Shown here: piece by piece, positions 40,597 to 52,400 of the stretch
Layout of the letters: every line of letters starts with the position of its first letter
Numbering within the stretch: position 1 is the stretch's first letter
IMG/VR virus record: IMGVR_UViG_3300020166_000747
Strand: one strand, 5' to 3'
Length of the DNA: 64,000 nt
From: a virus
The notes under the pieces: model-generated
What the model saw: the letters and a program-made list of their open reading frames with translations, nothing else
Database searches by the model: none
Told to the model about the DNA's origin: nothing
Made by a program: the position numbers and the translations under genes

Positions 40597-43500
40597 TTAT
40601 TCACCTGTTAATTCATTGTCTGCAATTGATGAAATTATTTTTACATCTTTTGATGTTACTACGCTCAAGAAAATCTCATGCGGTTCACAATTAATACTTA
40701 GCAAGTTCTTAAAATCATTTCCTGAATATTTTGGAGTAATCACAACACTTGAAATATAATCTGAAAGTTCTTGGTGTAGATATGCTGCTAGTTCAGAGAA
40801 GTAGAATTGATCCCCAAAATCCCAGTTATCTAAATTAAAATATTCATTAACTTTTTTAGCAACTACACTTTTAATTTCACTGTTAGTGTATGCTGTGCCA
40901 CGTTTAGCAATAACTTTAAATACTGCTTGATTTTCTGCATCTGCATAATCACCAAATAACATTTTAAACTTTACCGGGATATAACTTACGTGATCGCCGA
41001 TAGCTGCCTTGTCTTCAATAGATTCCATAATCTTGCGAAGTTCAAAATTGTTAGGAGATGCTGGGATAACATCACTGAACCCATTAGCAATCCACTCGTT
41101 GATGTTTCTAACGTAGTCTGACGTAAGAACATACATATCAATGATGTTGCTTGTACTCGGGTCAATTCTCTTATCTACATCGGCATAATGATCCCATCGG
41201 AAACTCATAAACGTATCTTCAACGTAACTACGTCCCATAACAACACGATAATGAACGTTGTTATAATCAATTTCAGTGCCATCTTCATTTACCAAACCAT
41301 ACTCAAAACTAGGTGTCCAGATTCCTGAAATCTTACGTTTCCAAACATTTGTCTCTGGGTTATACCAAATAATAGCAGTAGACGGTAGTGCTTCTGTATC
41401 CGTTGCTGCAATTGCACGACTTGATACTTTTTCGTAAGTAACGTCATCATAAGTGTAATCTTCAAGTATGATATATGATACAACTTCACCATTGAATACA
41501 TTAAGAATTCCGTGAGGATCCTTCTCTGAATCCATATGCAACACTTTAACTTTTGAATAATCTGTATAACCTGCATCGGTAATAAATTTACCATACACGT
41601 AACTTTGTACATCTTTATATGATTGTACTTTTACATTAGTTCTATATGTAACATCTACTACTGCTTCAACTTTAACTGAGAACGTTGATAAATCTGCGAT
41701 ACCTACGCCTGCAATACTTACGTCAAGTAATGATCCTTCACCAGGATCATATGTCCAGAATGTAATCGTATATGTTGATGCATCTACTTCCATATCCCAA
41801 TGTTCATTAGAAATGAATGTGCCGTTTGGCATCTGAACTAAGATACCTTCTTCTGATAAAACTGTTGTAGAATTAAAAACGATTTTACCATATGCTAACT
41901 GCTTCCATTTAACATCGTTATCATTTAAGTCAATTCCCCAACCATCGTTTCTTGGAAATTCAAACTCATACATGTTGCCGTTCACTGTAGTGAAATACTC
42001 GGTCTGTACTCCACGCATTGGGTCTTCTGCCGTATCAATTGTTTCACCTTCTGGAAGTTCGTTTTGGTCTACCCAAATAAAGTTCGCACTATCACTTGCG
42101 TCTGAGAAATATGATGCACTCGGTGTTCCCTTGAATCCTGTATCAAGTAAATCTGCTGAACTCAACGTCACTGTAGAAGATGTAGATGCAACGTTTGCGG
42201 CGTCTACTGTTTCGACATTAACTGCTAGAGCAGGATAAATGAACTCATTACTGTCTTCAACATCTACGTCACTTTCTACTATACTAGATTCACCAATAAA
42301 CCCAGAAGTATCTGCGATATCAAATGAGATTATATATTGAGGTTCTTCTCCGATAATTGGAACATCGCCGTTTACGTCTAGTTCAGGAGTAATTGGATAT
42401 TCTATACCTAGCGGAGATACCAAGTAATGTTGTGTACTTCTGTGTACAATTTGACCTGGGTGACCATTGATAAATTCTAATGTTTCCTTTGCACCAGTAT
42501 ATTGATATACCGCATCAAACGTTGCTCCATTGCCGTCTGGTATGTAATTAGAAATTGGAGTGTAACCAATTGCAACTGAATCTGATTGTAAGTTGTCTAT
42601 TGCAACTGAATCAGCTTGTACATCGTAGTAGTTAATTAAAAGCTGGTCGCGCTCTGCTAAATTAGTTTCATTGTCAACAACCATTTCATTATTGCCATAA
42701 TAAAATTTAACTTGATCATTACTTTCAAATACAATTTTCTTACCAGTGAAACTTACTGAATATTCTGCTTCATTATCTCTGATGCCAGGGTTATATGATA
42801 GTTCTAAGAATACATCTGTTCCAGGAACAAGTTCAGTAGTCTCATCATGAATTTCCCATCCCCACTTCACTCCATCAAATACATATTTGATAATAAATGA
42901 TGACACTGAAAGGTCTTCAATCTTTTGAGATTTAATATCTGTGATTTCAGTGTCTTCAAAACGTGTTCTATAACCTCTAACAATAGCTTCTATCTGTCCT
43001 GATAATTCTGGAATAATATCTGTAACTTCAAAGTTATTGAGGTTAGATACTGGTGAACTCGAACTATAATTCATTCTTGTCCAATACTCTGTTTCGCTAT
43101 CACCAACAAGTTTAACAAAGTCACCAGAGCGTATACCATTAATCATAGTAATACGAGGAACAATAACTTTAGGGTCTGTTGGGTCGATATCAAACATCTC
43201 TGGTGCTAGAGTTAAATCAATAACCGCGTCAGTGTTTGTTTTGTTTGCGGAATAGAAAAGATTTACTAAACTTGGGTGTCTAATTGCTTTTGCAATTTCG
43301 TTTCTGATAAAATCAGTAGCGTTACCATTCTGTCTGTTGAAACGTAAGTTCATGGTAACAGCATCATCGTCCATATACACAGAACCATCTGTGCCAGTAA
43401 TACTGATATTAGAATGATGTCCTGTAACATCGTCCATTTCAAAGTAACGTGAATTACCTGCGTATGTTGTGTTTACTGCTTTTACTTTTGATACGATATT

Positions 43501-44835
43501 TGAACCAAGTGATAGCGGAAGAACGTTATAATCTTGTGCGTTCACCATTCTATCTTGTGCATAGTATGAGCGCGGCGCAATGCGTCTTACACTTGTGTAT
43601 GATTCTGCTGCAAAGTTTTCAGAGAAGTCACGGGTAGACGAAAGAGTAAGAACTAAGCGATAGTTCTTTTTGTCTGCGCCAGTGTATGGAATAGAAATTG
43701 TTTTTTCTTTAACGTCATTTCTGTCTACTCTATAGTTTTCATTATCTGTTACACGATACCAAACACGATAGTTACCACTTGCAGCATTACCAAATACACC
43801 ATCGCCATAATGCAATTCAATTGCATTGTTATTGATTGTGTTAACGCTTACGATATCACCGTTACCGTTACGAAGTGAATTATAGACTGCTGTTTCTCTT
43901 GTATCGTTGTCTACTTTTGTTACACTAGATGAATATGTGTTAGTATTATCTACACGTTGTACCCAAACATCGGTGTTTGAAATATTATTAGTCGCAACTG
44001 TTTCGATAAGATTTGAGATTTTTGTACTGTATGAAAAGTTTTCAAACTGTAGTGTACCAGTCTTTGCATAAACAAAGAAGCCTGTTCTATCACTTGCTGG
44101 GCCTAGATTGTCATTTCTGTTTACGATTGTAAACTTCTTTGTTTCAATTGGCTCTGCTTCAAGAATTTTATCATCTGTGAATGCAGTACGCACTGCTTCA
44201 AATCTTCTATTCTTACCAGAGACTGGAGCTTCAAAAGAAAATGATACTGCACGTGACGCATCTGTTTCATTAAGTTCATAAAGATAATTCTCAACACCAG
44301 CAACTACCATACTTGCCATTGGGTCTTGAATTTTTGAAGATGATGCAAGCGCGGCATTGATAACGTCAATAAAGTTTTCATACCAGTCAGTATTGTTAGA
44401 GTCATTCCAATTGATTGTGCGATTGGCTAGAGAGTTACCTTCGTTATCTGCAATTGGTTGATCTGTTGTAATACTTGTAATTTTTAAGAAGCCACGTGCG
44501 TTTGTCGGACGCGTCTTATTATATCCCAACGTCTTAGCCATACGTAGAACACTTTCACGGCGTTCTGCTGTATCTAAGAAGTTTTCGCGTGTGTTCATAT
44601 CAAGTCTAAATGACAATGAATGTCCTAGATATGCAACCAAATCTAAAATTGCAATAAATTCTGAACTTGCGATAAAGTCATTAAACTTATCTGGGTATGT
44701 TGTCGCAACATAATCAACTAGTGCGGCTCTGATAGTATCAAAGTCGTATGCTTTTAAACTTACATTTGTAAACGCTGTATAAACTGCTGTCCAGCTTTCA
44801 CTTGCAAATAAATTGTCAACTCTTTCTTGACTCAT
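40597..44835 (-). CDS. gp6: Baseplate wedge protein, gp6-like (expanded)
   Basis: YDFDTIR..FNDFIASS..LDLVAY..ENFLDTAERRESVLRMAKTLGY, GDGVFG and AQDRMVNAQDY. Confidence 0.85.
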   Translation of the reverse strand: MSQERVDNLFASESWTAVYTAFTNVSLKAYDFDTIRAALVDYVATTYPDKFNDFIASSEFIAILDLVAYLGHSLSFRLDMNTRENFLDTAERRESVLRMAKTLGYNKTRPTNARGFLKITSITTDQPIADNEGNSLANRTINWNDSNNTDWYENFIDVINAALASSSKIQDPMASMVVAGVENYLYELNETDASRAVSFSFEAPVSGKNRRFEAVRTAFTDDKILEAEPIETKKFTIVNRNDNLGPASDRTGFFVYAKTGTLQFENFSYSTKISNLIETVATNNISNTDVWVQRVDNTNTYSSSVTKVDNDTRETAVYNSLRNGNGDIVSVNTINNNAIELHYGDGVFGNAASGNYRVWYRVTDNENYRVDRNDVKEKTISIPYTGADKKNYRLVLTLSSTRDFSENFAAESYTSVRRIAPRSYYAQDRMVNAQDYNVLPLSLGSNIVSKVKAVNTTYAGNSRYFEMDDVTGHHSNISITGTDGSVYMDDDAVTMNLRFNRQNGNATDFIRNEIAKAIRHPSLVNLFYSANKTNTDAVIDLTLAPEMFDIDPTDPKVIVPRITMINGIRSGDFVKLVGDSETEYWTRMNYSSSSPVSNLNNFEVTDIIPELSGQIEAIVRGYRTRFEDTEITDIKSQKIEDLSVSSFIIKYVFDGVKWGWEIHDETTELVPGTDVFLELSYNPGIRDNEAEYSVSFTGKKIVFESNDQVKFYYGNNEMVVDNETNLAERDQLLINYYDVQADSVAIDNLQSDSVAIGYTPISNYIPDGNGATFDAVYQYTGAKETLEFINGHPGQIVHRSTQHYLVSPLGIEYPITPELDVNGDVPIIGEEPQYIISFDIADTSGFIGESSIVESDVDVEDSNEFIYPALAVNVETVDAANVASTSSTVTLSSADLLDTGFKGTPSASYFSDASDSANFIWVDQNELPEGETIDTAEDPMRGVQTEYFTTVNGNMYEFEFPRNDGWGIDLNDNDVKWKQLAYGKIVFNSTTVLSEEGILVQMPNGTFISNEHWDMEVDASTYTITFWTYDPGEGSLLDVSIAGVGIADLSTFSVKVEAVVDVTYRTNVKVQSYKDVQSYVYGKFITDAGYTDYSKVKVLHMDSEKDPHGILNVFNGEVVSYIILEDYTYDDVTYEKVSSRAIAATDTEALPSTAIIWYNPETNVWKRKISGIWTPSFEYGLVNEDGTEIDYNNVHYRVVMGRSYVEDTFMSFRWDHYADVDKRIDPSTSNIIDMYVLTSDYVRNINEWIANGFSDVIPASPNNFELRKIMESIEDKAAIGDHVSYIPVKFKMLFGDYADAENQAVFKVIAKRGTAYTNSEIKSVVAKKVNEYFNLDNWDFGDQFYFSELAAYLHQELSDYISSVVITPKYSGNDFKNLLSINCEPHEIFLSVVTSKDVKIISSIADNELTGE

Positions 44836-44836
44836 G

Positions 44837-45199
44837 TTATTCTCTCTCTAAATCTATTTGTAGGATCACAGGTTCATCTTCGTTTACGATTGATACTGTA
44901 AGTTCTACGTTTATGGTATGGTCTGTATCTGATACATCAATATTATCTAAGTTGACTCTAGGGTCTTCGTCAATAATTGCTGTGATATCTTCTTCAATAA
45001 TATCTTTGATTGCAGGAGTTAACGGTTCAAATATTAGTTCATGAATAATGCTACCATATGTAGGCATCATTACACGCTCACCTTTGCGAGTCATAATATG
45101 GTTCATCAAGTCTTCAATAACAAGGTCTTTGCCTGTTAAGACATGATTAATAGCACTTTTATTCTTTGTGCTAAAACCTGAAAATCTAATATTGTTCAT
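44837..45199 (-). CDS. gp25: Baseplate wedge subunit, gp25-like
   Basis: TRKGERVMMPTYGS..LIFEP..DPRV. The start at 45199 follows AGAGAG. Confidence 0.9.
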   Translation of the reverse strand: MNNIRFSGFSTKNKSAINHVLTGKDLVIEDLMNHIMTRKGERVMMPTYGSIIHELIFEPLTPAIKDIIEEDITAIIDEDPRVNLDNIDVSDTDHTINVELTVSIVNEDEPVILQIDLERE

Positions 45200-45230
45200 G
45201 TTATTCTCTCTGTAGTTTATTCGATTAAGA

Positions 45231-45261
45231 GTATTTATCAACGTATAAACTACGAACATAA
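45231..45261 (-). promoter_or_regulatory. Extended late promoter (upstream CGTA element plus TAAATA)
   Basis: The same motif and spacing recur at 54465-54495 and 62143-62173, each ahead of a structural operon. Confidence 0.6.
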
Positions 45262-45269
45262 ATATATAC

Positions 45270-45974
45270 ATGAATATAGGGATATTAGGATCAAGTTTTT
45301 CAGTAGGATGTCACCATAACTCAGAGACAGGTGAAAACAATCTTGCTGCTCCATTTGAGTCATGGTTAGTGAAATATCTACCAGAATACTCATATCATAA
45401 TAGCGCATGTTCTGGTAAGGGAACTGAATTATACCTTGACAAAATCGTGTACTTGAAAGAAAAACATGATGTAGATTTCATTTTGATGGAACTCGTAAAT
45501 AATCGTTCTATGCTTAATGTAAAATCACAAGATTACGACTTGACAAATGTATCAAGCGATGTATATAAAGATAGTGCATCTATCTGGGAACATGTCCGAG
45601 GCATCACACAACCAATCAACTATGATACGTTTGGATCAAAACGAGAATTTGATATTTGGAAACGTGTGCAAGAACAAATAGCATATAATGAAAATGCGTT
45701 TGAGTTTTGGGGTATTTTAGATTGTCAACAAGCAATAAAACTGTGTAAGATGTTGAACATAGGTGTTATTACTTGGCAAAAATCATTTGATTTTAGAGAA
45801 CACGTAGACACTGATGTTAAGTTCGACAAATACCCAAATGCACACGAATATTACATAAGTAGATACAGTGAAGAAGAAATTCTATGCGACCATGTACACT
45901 TCAATGACTCTATCAATGAAGAAATGATACGTGACTTTATATTACCGGCGATAAAAAGTAAAATTAACGCTTGA
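45270..45974 (+). CDS. SGNH-like hypothetical protein
   Basis: ILGSSFSVG, NSACSGKG and DHVHFN. Confidence 0.55.
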   Translation: MNIGILGSSFSVGCHHNSETGENNLAAPFESWLVKYLPEYSYHNSACSGKGTELYLDKIVYLKEKHDVDFILMELVNNRSMLNVKSQDYDLTNVSSDVYKDSASIWEHVRGITQPINYDTFGSKREFDIWKRVQEQIAYNENAFEFWGILDCQQAIKLCKMLNIGVITWQKSFDFREHVDTDVKFDKYPNAHEYYISRYSEEEILCDHVHFNDSINEEMIRDFILPAIKSKINA

Positions 45975-45999
45975 CAACAGAATAAATTACTACTATACT
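45971..45999 (+). promoter_or_regulatory. Sigma70-type promoter
   Basis: TTGACA-N17-TATACT. Confidence 0.8.
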
Positions 46000-46026
46000 A
46001 TTAACATAATGATTAGGAGACTCGAA

Positions 46027-46449
46027 ATGGGTAAAATGAAAGAGATTGTAATGCAAGAAGAACAAATGGAACTGTTCGCGCTGGATGGGCTAGACTACTC
46101 AGAATATGATGTGAACGTAGATTTTGAATTTGTGGAAACAGAGTACGATGGGTTCAAAGTTGACTCGATGATTTCATTCGATGAGTTTAATACAGAAGTT
46201 TCACCAATTGATGTAACATATAATTACTCAGATACGTATTCACGTGATTGGATCATGTGGGAAGAAACAAAGCCTTTGGTATCATCAAGCGAAGCTGATA
46301 TGTTACGCATTGAGATCGCTGACCTAACAAAGTCACTTTACGCACAATATGAACGTGTGAAAGAACTTCTGGAAGAGAACGATTCTCTTAAAGCACAAAT
46401 CGAAAATATGTCAACTACAAAAGTTTACACTAACACAAGGAAGTTTTAA
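46027..46449 (+). CDS. Acidic hypothetical protein with C-terminal coiled coil
   Basis: AGGAGA RBS; coupled to clpP by TAATG. Confidence 0.7.
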   Translation: MGKMKEIVMQEEQMELFALDGLDYSEYDVNVDFEFVETEYDGFKVDSMISFDEFNTEVSPIDVTYNYSDTYSRDWIMWEETKPLVSSSEADMLRIEIADLTKSLYAQYERVKELLEENDSLKAQIENMSTTKVYTNTRKF

Positions 46450-47075
46450 TGCCAAATCTAGTCCCAATGGTCGTTGACCAGTCAGCTAATGGTGAACGAA
46501 GTTATGATATCTTTTCACGTCTTCTCAAAGAACGTGTAATTTTCTTAACTGGCGAAGTTAACGATTACCAAGCAGACTTGCTTTGCGCACAATTGCTATT
46601 CTTGGAAGCAGAAAACCCAGATAAAGATATTCACTTTTATATCAATTCGCCGGGAGGTGCTGTAACCTCGGGTCTTGCTATCTACGACACAATGCAGTTC
46701 ATCAAGCCGGATGTATCTACAACTGTTATTGGACAAGCATGTTCTATGGGTTCATTTCTAGCACAAGCTGGTGCGTCAGGTAAACGTTATGTTCTACCGA
46801 ATTCTCGTACAATGGTACACCGTGTTAGCTCAGGTACTCGAGGCACTGGTGGGTCTGTTTATGTACAGGAACTTGAAATGGAAGATAATATTCGTCACTT
46901 CGAGGAATCAAAGAATATCAATAAACGATTGACTGAATTATATGTGAAGCACAATACTGCTGGAAAAACATTCGAAGACCTATCAGCGACTATGAAGTTT
47001 GATACATTCCTATCTGCTGAACAAGCAGTAGAATATGGTCTAGCAGATATGATGATTGAGGAGCGCCCAGCTTAA
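46449..47075 (+). CDS. clpP: ATP-dependent Clp protease proteolytic subunit
   Basis: [34 protein letters not shown] (Ser), MVH (His) and FD (Asp). Confidence 0.95.
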   Translation: MPNLVPMVVDQSANGERSYDIFSRLLKERVIFLTGEVNDYQADLLCAQLLFLEAENPDKDIHFYINSPGGAVTSGLAIYDTMQFIKPDVSTTVIGQACSMGSFLAQAGASGKRYVLPNSRTMVHRVSSGTRGTGGSVYVQELEMEDNIRHFEESKNINKRLTELYVKHNTAGKTFEDLSATMKFDTFLSAEQAVEYGLADMMIEERPA

Positions 47076-47704
47076 AAGCCAGGAACATAACTCCATATTT
47101 TAGCACTTCTAATTTTTATGGCGGCAAGGTATTCATCTACTTTGCCGCTATTTCTTTTTATATTAGTTTGCATTTCATCTGTAATATCATACCAACGTTT
47201 CATGTTAATTAGTTCAATGACTGAACTAGTTTCAATTTTGTCAACTCCGATATAGTAAAAATAATGCAATAGTGCATCGAACTGTGTTTGTGATAATGGT
47301 TCTCTAACAAATTGTTCTAGAACATTACCGATGTTTCTTAGCTGTCTCTCTAATATAAGTCTTGCAGACGCAGGTGAAATAGTACCTTGTGTTATGTCGA
47401 TACGTTTCGATGCAACAGTTATATAACCGTACTTTATTTCTACATCACTAATCTGATACCCGTAGCCTATTTTACCATCTGTTATTTTTAACAATGGTTC
47501 ACTGTTATTGATAATAACATCTTTGCTCATTTTAGAAAAAATCAAATCTGTGACCGGGTAAGTTACTACACGTACATGCGATAATATATACTTTGGTATA
47601 TCAAAATCGTAACCAATACCCAAGTACGTTCCATTAGGTGTTACAACATGTAGTGGTAGTTGAATATAATTTAGCAGTGAGCCTTTTTTCTTATCATATA
47701 TCAT
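47072..47704 (-). CDS. Divergent GH24 lysozyme-like baseplate-associated protein
   Basis: [24 protein letters not shown]; ATGA overlap with the gp5-like gene. Confidence 0.6.
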   Translation of the reverse strand: MIYDKKKGSLLNYIQLPLHVVTPNGTYLGIGYDFDIPKYILSHVRVVTYPVTDLIFSKMSKDVIINNSEPLLKITDGKIGYGYQISDVEIKYGYITVASKRIDITQGTISPASARLILERQLRNIGNVLEQFVREPLSQTQFDALLHYFYYIGVDKIETSSVIELINMKRWYDITDEMQTNIKRNSGKVDEYLAAIKIRSAKIWSYVPGF

Positions 47705-49464
47705 GCCATAATAGTCCTTAACCAACTCGGAGCGCCAGCAGCCCTACTGCCTGTCCCCCAATATCTTGCAGAAGCTACTGGTATTGTAGCACCAGGAGAT
47801 ATATCAACGTGCATGCCTACTCCGTCCATATAGCCAGCTCCAGCTCCAATAGATAGTGCACCTGCACTTCTTGCTGCTTGAGCAAACTGTGCCGCTATTG
47901 TAGTGTCACGTGTCATACTTATTCTTCTTCCGCCCCTACCTTCATACAACCAAACATCTGCCGCATACCCGTGGTCATGTCTATTTGATCCAACTGTACC
48001 TGTAGTATGATCTTGTCCTCCAGAGAAAATAACAACATGTAAGTTTGTTGCGTTTGCTGCTGATAGTAGAATTCTTTCAAGTGCTGGTACAACTTTAAGT
48101 CTACGAGTCGCACCTTGGTTTCTATATTCAAGTGAGCCACCTTCTCCATCATCGATAACATCTTCGATATCGGCTACGTCAAGTTGTTCTTCTGCACTAT
48201 TCGGGTTAGGAGCAATTTCTGATGCTGTACTTCCTGGTTGTGCACCTGCGCTAGGTGGGACATTATTACGTGTCATTGGTTCATGAGATGGCAGGGATGA
48301 TACAATACTGTCATCTAATTGTGTGCTTTCTAAATTCTGAATATCAGCATGTGATATTGTAGTCATACCTGGTGATTGTGCTGCTTGTGGTCCGTTAAGA
48401 TGTAATATCCCACCTGTAGAAACATACATGTTACTTCTTACTTTAGTATGATTTGATCCAGCACTATCGTAGAATTGTGACCCCCCACTCTTTAAATGTA
48501 TTTGATCGGCAGTGTTTAGATGATAATCATTGCCTGCTTTTATGTGTACATTCTCTCCAGCTTCCATATTGATGTTCTTATCAGCTCGGATATTAAAGTC
48601 TTTTTCTGCTCTCATTGAGATAGAACCTTGAGCGTACGCCATTATCTCACCAGTTGCACCAATTTCTACCCAGCCGGATCCACTTGAATTAATCATATAA
48701 ATTGTATCATTAGTACCGTCTAGAATAATACTTGCACCTGAACCTGTTTGTAATCTAATTTGATTTGGGTGAACTGTGCCATCTGGCGCAACAGATCCAT
48801 CATCCATTGTTAGTGCGTTATTACCGGGCGTTTTCATTCCGAATACTTTAGAGTGTTGTGGATTTTCGTAACTTGCATCACGTTGTGGCGATGCAGTACT
48901 TTGTCCTCTAACACTATCAGCGTATATACCTTGCTGTGCTACGTTGACATTTCTATCACTATTTTCTATTTCATCTTCTGCGTTTTCATTTCTATCGCTA
49001 ACAGATGCAGGAGTTGATTTTGCTGATGGCACATCCTTGTGTACCCCTTCGCCTTGTCCTGTTCCATCTGGTTTCGCTTGTCCGGAAGCACCACCTGCAA
49101 CAACATCAGGAACTTCCTGTGCTACTGCAAACCAGTAACCTCTAGATAATTCACCATTGTCTGCAAAGAAAACCATAATAGAGACGCCAGCATCTGATGG
49201 TGCGGCGAACATCCCATAAGACCCTCCAGCATTACTACCGCCGAACGGTGCGGCATATTGAAAGTACATTGGTTCTTCAGGCGTTCCGCCCAATTTGGGA
49301 ACATATGCACTAACTCTGCCTCTACCTTCTGGGTCTGGTTCACCAGTAGTAATAGCGATAAAAATACCACTTTCAATATTCGATAGTATGGGAGATTGTC
49401 CGTGCTTACGTTCACGTCTTAAAGCTCCCGCTAAACTATTTGCATTTTGGTTACTTATTGACAT
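47701..49464 (-). CDS. Baseplate hub/spike gp5-like protein with C-terminal M15-type (LAS) peptidase domain
   Basis: OB-fold motif DPEGRGRV..GMFAAP, a beta-helix region, HLNGP, and C-terminal SNRHDHGYAAD..MHVD. Confidence 0.75.
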   Translation of the reverse strand: MSISNQNANSLAGALRRERKHGQSPILSNIESGIFIAITTGEPDPEGRGRVSAYVPKLGGTPEEPMYFQYAAPFGGSNAGGSYGMFAAPSDAGVSIMVFFADNGELSRGYWFAVAQEVPDVVAGGASGQAKPDGTGQGEGVHKDVPSAKSTPASVSDRNENAEDEIENSDRNVNVAQQGIYADSVRGQSTASPQRDASYENPQHSKVFGMKTPGNNALTMDDGSVAPDGTVHPNQIRLQTGSGASIILDGTNDTIYMINSSGSGWVEIGATGEIMAYAQGSISMRAEKDFNIRADKNINMEAGENVHIKAGNDYHLNTADQIHLKSGGSQFYDSAGSNHTKVRSNMYVSTGGILHLNGPQAAQSPGMTTISHADIQNLESTQLDDSIVSSLPSHEPMTRNNVPPSAGAQPGSTASEIAPNPNSAEEQLDVADIEDVIDDGEGGSLEYRNQGATRRLKVVPALERILLSAANATNLHVVIFSGGQDHTTGTVGSNRHDHGYAADVWLYEGRGGRRISMTRDTTIAAQFAQAARSAGALSIGAGAGYMDGVGMHVDISPGATIPVASARYWGTGSRAAGAPSWLRTIMA

Positions 49465-49466
49465 TA

Positions 49467-52400
49467 TTAATATTCCTCATTACGCTTTTCTTCTAGTTGT
49501 TTCTGTACTTCTGCTAATTTTTCTTCATCTTCTTTACGTGCCGCAGATGTCCAATACCAACTATCTAGGTCACCTTGAATTTCAGCTTCTTGTTCTTCCA
49601 ATTCAACAATTTGTCTATCACGTCTTTGTTCTTTGAACTGTACATTCTGTTCACCACGTTCTCCAGTGGTCGCTGCTTCGACCATACCATTGACACCGCG
49701 TTCTAACTCTTTGACTTCTCGGTATTCTTGTTCTGTCATTTTACTTAGTGGTGTAGCTTGTAGCTTTTGTTTAAGTTCACTCTGTATACGTTGTGCTTTT
49801 TCATATTCAATAGGAGTCAGTGTATCTTTTGGTATTTCTGAATTCACGCTTCTAAACCCAGTACTAGTGCTATCAGACGTAACACGCAATCTTGAACCTC
49901 TAGACGTATACGGATTGTTGTCTCCTGATATATCAATCATATCAGCCGAGACAGTACCATCTGATGGGTTCTCTACAATTCCATTCGTACCAACATAAAA
50001 CGATGCCGCATCATCATCTACTTTTTGGGTGTACGCATCTACCTCAGCTTGTGTTATACCATCAATATCATCTGCATTAAATGTTTCATGTCCATTGGCT
50101 TTCATACTTTCCTGTATGATAGAAATACCTTCTGGTGTTACTTCTATGCCACTTTCATTTATGTCGTTAACTATTTGCGCATTATCGTATGGAGGTTCGC
50201 CTGCAATATTCTGAACAATCATTTTATCTATAGTATTATTAACAGATTGCAATTCAATACACGAAGACTCATTTCCCTGCGCACAATAATATTCAACTTG
50301 ACTTTTTGTTTTATTAAATTGTTCTGCTTGTTCTGCTGTTGGTATACCGTCATTTTCAAGTAAATTATTAGTAAGAGAACGTAGTGAAGAATTTGCATTT
50401 GGTGCACCATCAGGGTCTAATAACAAACCTACATTACCGTCGGGATCTATCACTGCGGTCGAACCTGCACCTATAGGTAACTCGTTAGGGTTGGGTAGTT
50501 CTGCTCTTGGAACAACGACTGGCGCAGTAACTGGCGATGGCGTTTGCTCTCTGCCTCTAGGATCAGCAGCATCCGGATCGTATACTATTTGTCCCATGAC
50601 AGTTTCTTCATCTAAATCAACAGATGATGTACTAAAGAATGGGTTGACTGGTAGGAAACTATCTGGAACAGGTATTCTAATCATATCAAGCTGCTGAACA
50701 AACTGTCCATTACTAAACGAACTTGTTACATTTCTAACTGCATATAACATTGTTACTAGATTTGCTATCTTTGTGTTGTCATTTTCATCTACGCCTGCCG
50801 CTTTGTTACTTACAATAGTAACATAGTTCGCTCCATTAATAGATGTTGGATGACTACGATATGTATCGATAGCATTACTGTTACCAAATAATTCTTTTGC
50901 AGTCTTAGGTGTCAAGTATGTATCAATCCAATACGGGTCACCTTTGATAGTTAACTTTAGCTGTTCCATACTGATGTCCATATTTACAGCCTCGTAAAAC
51001 TTTTCTTTTGCTAGGTCAACTTCTTTCTCATTAGACGAAGTATAAATTCTTATATTATTCTTTTCTGTCAGATAAGGCAAAACGCCACGTTTGAATATCA
51101 CTGGGTTAACCAATAATGCTTCTACAATATCTTCTAACTGTTGAGTAGTTAAAGTTGATATTAAATCATCATCTAATTCTTCCATAATAATTTGATTACT
51201 ATTACTTAACTGTCCGGCGATACCAGAGAAGTTTTCAGATATATCACTCACTTGTGAATTCGTGTATGCTGAAAAATTAGCACCAAGTGCTTGCATCGTA
51301 ACTTCGTCAACTTGTCTTTCAATATTACGCAGTGAAGTATCTACTCTGTTAACTCCAGTTTCCGCAGAGTTATAGCGTTCCAATAACTTATTATATTTTT
51401 CACGTTCTTCGCTTGTTGTATTCAGAACGTCAGGGTCATACTGTTGCGCCGCTTGTAATTGTGCTTGCAACGGTTTATCACGTAATGCGGCAGCAGTTTG
51501 TCTAGCAATTTCTGGAGGGACTCCTTGTGCAAGTAATGCATCTCTCTGACCAATAACTATTGCGTTAGTTAATTCTTCGCTAGAATTTTCTACTTGTGAA
51601 CGAATAGAATCTAAATTCTCATTTGCTGATGTTCGGTCGCCCTCTAGTACAGACAATTGCGATTGTAGTTCTTCTAATTTTGCTCTTGCACGAGGATTTA
51701 AATCTTGTATAATTTGTTCGTTACCTTCAATGAAGCGTTGTGCAAATGCGTCATCTTTTGGTAAGTTATATGCTTTAATCAGTTGTCGATTTAAACTAAT
51801 ATTCAAATCTAAGATTTGGTCATTAAGTCCAGTATACTGGTAATAATATATCTTCTTACATTGTTGTCTATCAAAAATCTCTTTTACCATTTTAGCAGCG
51901 TTTGTTATCTTGTTTGCATTATCATAATTGTTCTGTACTACAATTTGATTCTTAGTTGTAATGAAATATTTTACATTATGTCCAGCTTCCCCACTTAGTG
52001 GATTCAATCCGTTTGGTTTAGGAGAAGCATCTGGTAAAATTGAAACTGTTTTAGTAAACGTATCTTTTTCAGTAGTAAGTTCAGTTCTGATATCAATAGA
52101 TTGAATGCATATGTCGTATAACACATCTATAACACTTAATCCGGGAGTTATAACTCCAGTTTGTTGTGATATATTAACAGAACCAGTTCTAGTAGCAACT
52201 TGATTTCTTGCTGCGCCGCCGACATTAGGGTCGTCTCCATTCATTTTAGACTCGCCAAATTCAGTCATAAAGTCATTATCAAATTCAAATTCGTATGTGT
52301 GAATATACTGATTCTCGGCGGCATTGTCTGTACTGAAATCATTCTTTTGTATATTTTCATTTAACTTTGAAAAGAATTCTTCTATCGTTTCTTTTAGTGT

